IMG/VR virus record: IMGVR_UViG_3300037307_000199
Coordinates: 1 to 38,976 of that record
Strand: one strand, 5' to 3'
Origin: a virus
Lineage: Duplodnaviria; Caudoviricetes
DNA: 38,976 bases
Below, piece after piece: positions 33,503 to 38,976 of this stretch. Every line of letters starts with the position of its first letter. Positions within the stretch are counted from its first letter, which is position 1. The position numbers were made by a program, and so were the translations under genes. Under the pieces are notes generated by a model, which did no database searches, was not told the DNA's origin, and was given only the letters and a program-made list of their open reading frames with translations.

Positions 33503-34981
33503 GTGACCGTCTCGACCTTCTGGCCGACCGCGAACACCGCCTACGGGACGGCGCTCGACAACCCGACCTACGCCTACACGGACGACGCCAACTGGGCCTC
33601 AAAGACCCTCGCCTCGAAGAACGCCGACTACGGGGCCTACTTCGAGACCCTGAAGGATAACGGCGGGGCCGGGAGCGATATCGCGACGGTGATCCCCTCG
33701 GGCGCCACGATAAACAGCGTCACGATCACCGGCTACGTCAAGACCAACGACTCCGACGCCGACATTGTGATCGGACTGGCCGCCTACGACAGCACCACCC
33801 TGATCGGGAGCGAAAGCACGATCACCGGCGCCACCGCGGGGGCGACCGGCTACAGCTTCAACATCACACCGGCCCCCACGATCGCGCAGCTCCGCTCCTC
33901 CACGTTCCGCGCCCGCTTCCGGACCAGACGCTCTGACAACACCGCGACGCACATCACAAGCCTGCAGTACGTGAAGGTCGTGGTCGACTGGACGGAGCCG
34001 ACGCAGAACGAGACCGGCGGCTCGATCGCCACGGTGGACGCTGCGACCTCCGGCTCCGGGAGCGCGGTGGAGACCGGCTCCGGCGGGAGCTCCGCGACGA
34101 TCGCCGCGGCCGCGGCCGGCGCGGGTACCGGGAGCGAAGCGGGAGCCGGCGGGGGGTCGGCGACAGTAACGACCACGCCGGCCGGGGCAGGGACAGCCCT
34201 CGAGGTGGTCGCCGGTGGTGCGTCCGCAGCCGTGGGGGTCACGGCCGGGGCCGCCGGTAGTGGACAGGAAGCCGCCTCGGGTGGAGCGACCGCGACCGTC
34301 GCCACCTCCGCCACGGGGGCCGGCCTCGGGACCGAGACCGCAGCCGGGGGATCGGGCGCGACCGTCACCGCCACCAGCTCCGGCACCGGGGCGGGGGCTG
34401 AAGCCGGGACCGGCGGCAGCCAGGCCTCGATCGCCGTCGCTCCTGCCGGCCAGGGGGTAGCGGCCGAGACCCTCTCAGGAGGGAGCACCGCCGCCGTGAC
34501 GACCACGGCCACCGGCGCCGGCCAGAAGCAAGAGGAACAGGGCGACGACAAGAGCGGGGGCTCGATCGCCTACATCGCCGCCGCCGCGGCCGGCCAGGGA
34601 ACGGGGGCCGAGACCGGGACCGGCGGCAGCCTCGCAAGCGTGACCGCGACCGCGGCCGGCTCCGGCGTCCAGGGTGGCGAGACGGCAAGCGGTGGGAGCC
34701 TGGCCGGCGTCTCGAGCACCGCTCAGGGAGCAGGCGCCGGGGCCGAGCTCGTGACCGGCGGCGCCCTCGCCCTGGTCGTGGTCCAGGGTGCCGGCCAGGG
34801 ACAAGGCCTCGAGGCTGGAGCCGGCGGCTCGATCATTGGTATCTTTGTGACGGCAACCGGGCAGGGGGCCGTAGTCGGCCGGCCTATCATCGACACCGAC
34901 TACCTGCTCGGGGAGTTTGAACCGGCCGAGGCCCTCGGGGGCAGCCTCGGCGACACGACCTATCTGGAGGCTGAGATATGA
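33503..34981 (+). CDS. Gly/Ala/Thr-rich fibre-like protein with about 13 repeats of 22 aa
   Basis: Globular N-domain then E-x3-GG-S-x-A-x-V/I-x5-G-x-G repeats. Confidence 0.7.
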   Translation: MTVSTFWPTANTAYGTALDNPTYAYTDDANWASKTLASKNADYGAYFETLKDNGGAGSDIATVIPSGATINSVTITGYVKTNDSDADIVIGLAAYDSTTLIGSESTITGATAGATGYSFNITPAPTIAQLRSSTFRARFRTRRSDNTATHITSLQYVKVVVDWTEPTQNETGGSIATVDAATSGSGSAVETGSGGSSATIAAAAAGAGTGSEAGAGGGSATVTTTPAGAGTALEVVAGGASAAVGVTAGAAGSGQEAASGGATATVATSATGAGLGTETAAGGSGATVTATSSGTGAGAEAGTGGSQASIAVAPAGQGVAAETLSGGSTAAVTTTATGAGQKQEEQGDDKSGGSIAYIAAAAAGQGTGAETGTGGSLASVTATAAGSGVQGGETASGGSLAGVSSTAQGAGAGAELVTGGALALVVVQGAGQGQGLEAGAGGSIIGIFVTATGQGAVVGRPIIDTDYLLGEFEPAEALGGSLGDTTYLEAEI

Positions 34982-35322
34982 CCGCAGTCGCTCAAGACTT
35001 CGTGATGTGGGCCGGGACGACCAAGCGCCTCGTGTTCGAGGTCGAGGGCGCGACCGAGGTCGCCGATATCCTGGACGCGACCTGGACGATGGGCGGGATC
35101 TCGAAGAGCCTGCCTGACGAGATCACCCTGGCCGAGGACTCCGGCGCCGTGACGGCCGAGGTGCTCCTCGAGCCGGCCGACACCGAGGACCTGAACGCCT
35201 ACTACCGCCTCTCGATCCGGCACCAGCTCGTGATCGAGGACACCCTGGGCAACCGTAGCACCGCGGCCGAGGGGACCGCGACGATCCACAAGACCTACGA
35301 ACCAGCCGAGCTCGGATCCTAA
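34978..35322 (+). CDS. BppU-like adaptor protein (putative)
   Basis: F.M.AG.T..L.F.V; V.L.P.DT.DL; HQL.I.D..GN.ST...G..TI. Confidence 0.5.
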   Translation: MTAVAQDFVMWAGTTKRLVFEVEGATEVADILDATWTMGGISKSLPDEITLAEDSGAVTAEVLLEPADTEDLNAYYRLSIRHQLVIEDTLGNRSTAAEGTATIHKTYEPAELGS

Positions 35323-35336
35323 AGGAGGACCAGACC

Positions 35337-35672
35337 ATGCCAATGAACAACGCCTATCTCGAAGCCCTCGCCACCGCGGGCAAGGCCCTGATCACCCATA
35401 TCGCCCTGCAGAACAGCGGCGGGACTCAGGTCGGCGACGCCCGCAAAGCCGTGACCTGGGGCGCGAACGACGGGGATGGAGACTTCCTCATGAGCGGCGA
35501 TCTCGTTTTCAACATGACCGCCGGCCAGCAGGTATCGAAGTGGAGCGGCTGGAGCGCCGTCTCCGGCGGCACCGAGTACGGGGGCGGCGCCCTGCCCGAG
35601 GTCACGTTCGGCAACAACGGGACCTACACTCTGCAGGCCGCCTCGACCGGGATCTCGCTCACGGCTTCGTAG
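35337..35672 (+). CDS. Small virion/fibre-associated protein
   Basis: AAAGGAGG RBS; THIAL...G.....ARKAVTW...F.......V.....WSA.SGGT..G...L. Confidence 0.6.
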   Translation: MPMNNAYLEALATAGKALITHIALQNSGGTQVGDARKAVTWGANDGDGDFLMSGDLVFNMTAGQQVSKWSGWSAVSGGTEYGGGALPEVTFGNNGTYTLQAASTGISLTAS

Positions 35673-35776
35673 GAAGCCCGATACGGAAACAGCGTCTACT
35701 TACCCTCACCAGACCACCGGAGGCCGTCCTGGGGCCTCTGGTGCGTCCTGAGGGCCACTAACGAAGGAGGAACGGA

Positions 35777-36088
35777 ATGGAGACAGGCATCTTCGAGGGC
35801 CTCGGCAACTGGTCCTACCTCGCCGCCCTACTGATCCCGATCGTGATCGGCCTCTTGACCAAGGCCTCGTGGCCGGGCTGGGCGAAGTTCCTCGCCGCCC
35901 TGGCGCTCTCGATCCTCGTGGGCGCGGTCACTATCTGGCAGACCACGGGCACCTGGGAGTGGAGCCCGGTGTTCATCCTCTCGATCTTGGGCGCGGCTGA
36001 GGCCTTCTACAACGTGATCGTGAAGCCGACCGGCCTCGGCGACTGGCTGGCCGGGAAGCTGGTCAAGGACCCGCCGCCGCCCGCCTGA
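35777..36088 (+). CDS. Holin (putative)
   Basis: AAGGAGG RBS; about three TM segments, P..IG.L.K.SW....K; last gene before terminator. Confidence 0.7.
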   Translation: METGIFEGLGNWSYLAALLIPIVIGLLTKASWPGWAKFLAALALSILVGAVTIWQTTGTWEWSPVFILSILGAAEAFYNVIVKPTGLGDWLAGKLVKDPPPPA

Positions 36089-36122
36089 TCCTCGGCGCCT
36101 CTCGGCGCACTCCTCGCCTGAG

Positions 36123-36163
36123 GCCCTCCTCCCGGCTTAGCCCCCGGGAGGGGGGCTTTTTTT
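36123..36163 (+). terminator. Rho-independent terminator ending the late operon
   Basis: 13-bp stem GCCCTCCTCCCGG / CCGGGAGGGGGGC (one G-U) followed by T7. Confidence 0.9.
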
Positions 36164-36192
36164 CGTGCGCCGGCCGGCCTACCGGGGCCCAG

Positions 36193-36262
36193 AAAAAAAG
36201 TTCAACTTTTTTTTCAAAACGGTCGAAAAGGGGGTGTACATCTTCTCAAGACCTGTTATACT
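36193..36262 (+). promoter_or_regulatory. Sigma70-type early promoter with palindromic A/T upstream element
   Basis: AAAAAAAGTT-C-AACTTTTTTT 36193-36213; TGTACA 36235-36240; TG-T-TATACT 36254-36262. Confidence 0.75.
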
Positions 36263-36298
36263 TATCTCATAAGGCAACGCGCACCAAGGAGACCGACA

Positions 36299-37240
36299 AT
36301 GACACTGACCGCCGACACGATGATCCAGACCGAAGCGACCTTCGTCTGCACTCGCTGCGGCGCCGCCAAACCGGCCAGCGCGTACTACTCCTACAATGGC
36401 CGCCGGATGAACCACTGCAAAGCCTGCGAGATCGCCCGCTCGGCCGCCAGCCACCGCGACGCCGGCGTCCAGATCCACGCGACCCGCACCTTCGGCGTTG
36501 AGGTCGAGTGCTACTCCCCGGTGGACACCTACACCGTCGCCGACAAGCTGAACGCCGCCGGGATCAACACTCACGTCGAGGGCTACAACCACACGACCCG
36601 CGCCCACTGGAAGATCGTCTCCGACGGCAGCCTGAACGAACGCCCCGCCGGTTGCGCGTATCCGATGGAGCTCGTCTCCCCGCCGCTCGCTGGTAAAGCC
36701 GGCCTCAAAGCCGTGAAGACCGCCCTCAAAGTCCTCGAGACCCTCGGCTGCAAAGTCAACAAGACCTGCGGGATCCACGTCCACCATGACGCCCGCGACC
36801 TGGACCTCGCTTCCTGGAAGCGCCTGCTCACCACGTACGCGACCTTCGAAGCTCAGATCGACACCTACCAGCCCGCCAGCCGCCGCGCGAACAACGCCTA
36901 CTACTGCCGCTCGCTCACCAGCCGCTTCTACGGCAGCCCGACCGAGACCGTCGACCGGATCAACGGCGCCCGCCGCCGCGAGACCCTCCAGACCCTCTGG
37001 GGCACCCGCTACGTGAAAGTGAACACCCAGAGCTACGTGAAGCACGGGACCCTCGAGTTCCGGCAGCACGCCGGCTCGGTGAACGGCGAGAAGGTCAACA
37101 ACTGGATCATCCTGACCCAACTGATGGTGCTCGCCGCCAAGAGCAACAAGCCCCGCACCAACGACCTGCTGACCAGCATCGGCGCGAAAGCCAAAGTCGC
37201 CCGGTACTTCGAAGCCCGCGCCACCACCCTCGCCGCTTAG
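36299..37240 (+). CDS. Putative amidoligase (COOH-NH2 ligase, Amidoligase_2) with N-terminal Zn finger
   Basis: TFGVEVE, W.IVSDGSL, ELVSPPL, VN.TCGIHVH, RY.KVN, GTLEFRQH; CTRCG...CKAC N-terminus. Confidence 0.88.
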   Translation: MTLTADTMIQTEATFVCTRCGAAKPASAYYSYNGRRMNHCKACEIARSAASHRDAGVQIHATRTFGVEVECYSPVDTYTVADKLNAAGINTHVEGYNHTTRAHWKIVSDGSLNERPAGCAYPMELVSPPLAGKAGLKAVKTALKVLETLGCKVNKTCGIHVHHDARDLDLASWKRLLTTYATFEAQIDTYQPASRRANNAYYCRSLTSRFYGSPTETVDRINGARRRETLQTLWGTRYVKVNTQSYVKHGTLEFRQHAGSVNGEKVNNWIILTQLMVLAAKSNKPRTNDLLTSIGAKAKVARYFEARATTLAA

Positions 37241-37277
37241 CAGCGGCGAGACCACCCACGAGAGCAAGGAGCAGACC

Positions 37278-37526
37278 ATGACTGTGAAGATCACCTGGAC
37301 GCCGGCCCACGGCGGCGGCACCCTCAAAGCCGACAGCGCTCGCGAGATCGTCCGCGAGATGTGGAGGGCCGCCTTCCTCCACGAGCCCACGCCCCGCGCC
37401 TACATGAAAGCCGTCGCCAAGAGGGCCGAGATCATGACCGGCTACCACGTCCGCACCACGAGCTCGGACACCTTCCTCCGCGACCTCGAGACCGCCCAGA
37501 TCATCACTATCGACGAGGAGAGCTAA
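37278..37526 (+). CDS. Small protein between amidoligase and GGCT
   Basis: AAGGAG RBS; A.S..EIV..M...YM..VA.R...FL.DL. Confidence 0.7.
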   Translation: MTVKITWTPAHGGGTLKADSAREIVREMWRAAFLHEPTPRAYMKAVAKRAEIMTGYHVRTTSSDTFLRDLETAQIITIDEES

Positions 37527-37530
37527 GACC

Positions 37531-38082
37531 ATGACCGCCAAGATCGGAACACGCTACAACTACCGCCTCGAGCCCGTGATCCCCGCCGACCATGCCCGGA
37601 TCTACGCCGCCTATGGGTCGAACCACAACATGGACCAGATGCTCCGGCGGTGCCCGGGCGCCCGGCCGGCCGGCCGAGCTCAGCTCGTCGACTACCGCCT
37701 CGTGTTCGCCGGCCCGCTCACCGTGGAGCCCCATAAGGGCTCGATCGTGCCGCTATCGCTCTGGACCGTGACCCTCCCGGATATCGCCAGCCTGGACCGC
37801 TACGAGGGCCACCCGCACGCCTACCGGAAGGTGTTCACCGCCTGCGACCTCGGGCCGACCTTCTACTACCTGATGAACCACCCGGTCGAGAGCCCGCCTT
37901 GGGAGTCCTACTACCACGGCGTGCGCGCCGGCTTCGAGGACTGGGGTTTCGACCTCGCCCACCTGGACGACGCCCTCGAGCGCTCGCTCGCCGCGGCCGA
38001 GAGAGACCTTGACATGGATGAGGAGTATGAGACGATATTGGCAGACCTGGAAGACACGGCCGAGGAGATGATGAGCGCATGA
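37531..38082 (+). CDS. Gamma-glutamylcyclotransferase-family protein
   Basis: Y.AYGSN....QM..RCPGA; YRL.F; LDRYEG.P..Y.K; P...Y. Confidence 0.88.
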   Translation: MTAKIGTRYNYRLEPVIPADHARIYAAYGSNHNMDQMLRRCPGARPAGRAQLVDYRLVFAGPLTVEPHKGSIVPLSLWTVTLPDIASLDRYEGHPHAYRKVFTACDLGPTFYYLMNHPVESPPWESYYHGVRAGFEDWGFDLAHLDDALERSLAAAERDLDMDEEYETILADLEDTAEEMMSA

Positions 38083-38417
38083 GCACCACGACCACCGAGC
38101 CCGGCATCACCGCAGCCGAGGCCGCCCGCCGCCTGGACGTCGAGGAGTTCACCGTGGCCCGGTGGCTGCGGTCTGGGATCCTCCACGGCCGGCGCACCCC
38201 GGGGGGCCATTGGCGCCTGGACCCCGAGGACGTCGACGCCCTCCGCCTCGAGCGATCCTCGCTCGCCGGGCTCCTCACCAGCCCCGAGGCCGCCGACCGG
38301 ATCGGGGTCGCTCATTCGACGATGGACCGCTACCTGCAGCAGGGCAAGATCCCCGCGGTCAAGACGCCCGGGGGCCATTGGCGGGTAGATCCCGTCGACC
38401 TCGACGCCCTGATCTGA
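38079..38417 (+). CDS. Tandem HTH (excisionase/MerR-like, HTH_17) DNA-binding protein
   Basis: Two repeats of T..EAA.R.GV...T..RW/Y...G.....TPGGHWR.DP.D.DAL. Confidence 0.88.
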   Translation: MSTTTTEPGITAAEAARRLDVEEFTVARWLRSGILHGRRTPGGHWRLDPEDVDALRLERSSLAGLLTSPEAADRIGVAHSTMDRYLQQGKIPAVKTPGGHWRVDPVDLDALI

Positions 38418-38532
38418 TCGCCCGGCCGGCCACCTCGAGCCGGCCGGCCACCTCAAAAAAGTTTTTCGAAAAGGACCCCCGGGGGGGTGTACAACCTTAG
38501 ATAGTGCTGCTATACTTCTCTCATAAGGCAAC
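38407..38532 (+). repeat. 126-bp exact direct repeat, copy 2 (contains promoter, -35/-10 at 38488-38516)
   Basis: Identical to 1-126; begins within the last codons of the tandem HTH gene. Confidence 0.95.
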
Positions 38533-38556
38533 CGCACCTCACCAAGGAGAGGCACC

Positions 38557-38961
38557 ATGCAAGAGTACGAAGTCAAGATCGAAGCGAAGGGCCTCAAGGC
38601 CGCCAAGCTGACCGTGTTCGCGAACGATGAGACCTCCGCCGCCTCACAAGCGAAGTTCGACTACCCGCCCCGCTTCTGGGGCCGCGAAGTGACCGCCACC
38701 GTGCGCCCCGTCTCGAAAGAAGAGGCCGAGGCCGCGTGGCAAAACTACCTCGCCAAGGAAGCCGCCAAGCTCGCGAAGTTCGAGGCCACCCAGAAGGCCG
38801 CCGGTTACATCTACAAGCTGGACGCCTGGATCCACCCGACCAGGGGCGGCGACGACTACCAGACCAGCCTCTACTCGCCCAAGCCCTGGACGCCCGAGAT
38901 GATCGCGAAAGCCCTCCGCTCGAGCTCAGTCAAGAACGACTACACCCTCTCGACCCTCTAG
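38557..38961 (+). CDS. Hypothetical early protein, 134 aa
   Basis: AAGGAGAGG RBS behind promoter copy; codon usage like other early genes. Confidence 0.75.
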   Translation: MQEYEVKIEAKGLKAAKLTVFANDETSAASQAKFDYPPRFWGREVTATVRPVSKEEAEAAWQNYLAKEAAKLAKFEATQKAAGYIYKLDAWIHPTRGGDDYQTSLYSPKPWTPEMIAKALRSSSVKNDYTLSTL

Positions 38962-38976
38962 CAGCCAACCACCTCG

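Larger units (their letters stand above)
1..38976 (+). mobile_element. Near-complete tailed dsDNA phage genome (siphovirus-like, HK97 head), apparently circularly permuted
   Basis: Terminase, portal, protease, capsid, neck, tail tube, chaperone, tape measure and lysis genes in canonical order; bases 1-126 recur at 38407-38532; no host housekeeping genes. Confidence 0.95.

Noticed and set aside
35673-35776. Intergenic gap as a tRNA or structured ncRNA
   Set aside because: No cloverleaf or T-loop motif; only weak pairing
104-37541. Many long minus-strand ORFs (e.g. 104-1204, 11517-12713, 16550-18184, 32368-33537, 36179-37390)
   Set aside because: Antisense shadows of GC-rich + strand genes; no recognisable motifs
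1-38976. Stop-codon reassignment
   Set aside because: TAA, TAG and TGA all end genes at expected lengths under the standard bacterial code

Overview
This window is an essentially complete genome (about 38.4 kb circle) of a high-GC, long-tailed HK97-type phage, probably infecting an Actinomycetota host; the host is inferred from GC content and from the style of the portal, tail-chaperone and neck genes. Every credible gene is on the + strand. Gene order: early genes behind near-identical sigma70-type promoters (amidoligase, gamma-glutamylcyclotransferase, tandem HTH, DUF2958, LuxR HTH); recombination/replication (SSB-like, RecE/DUF3799 exonuclease, RuvC-like, initiator with internal iterons); HNH and a candidate cos; two ParB-like genes and a C5 methyltransferase; terminase; portal-MuF fusion; P-loop/prohead-protease fusion; capsid; neck; tail with a -1 frameshifted chaperone; lysis. 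No integrase, CI-like repressor, tRNA, CRISPR or reverse transcriptase was seen. Most notable: (1) a translationally coupled four-gene glycan cassette (GT32, SAM methyltransferase, truncated nucleotide-sugar dehydrogenase, GT-A) inserted between head-tail adaptor and head-closure genes, suggesting a virion-glycosylation system; (2) bases 1-126 recur exactly at 38407-38532 but lead into a different gene, pointing to a variable promoter-gene cassette; (3) an ATPase/kinase-protease fusion that keeps an internal RBS; (4) apparent strong enrichment of CTCGAG and CCGGCCGG. All product calls come from motif recognition by eye, with no database search.
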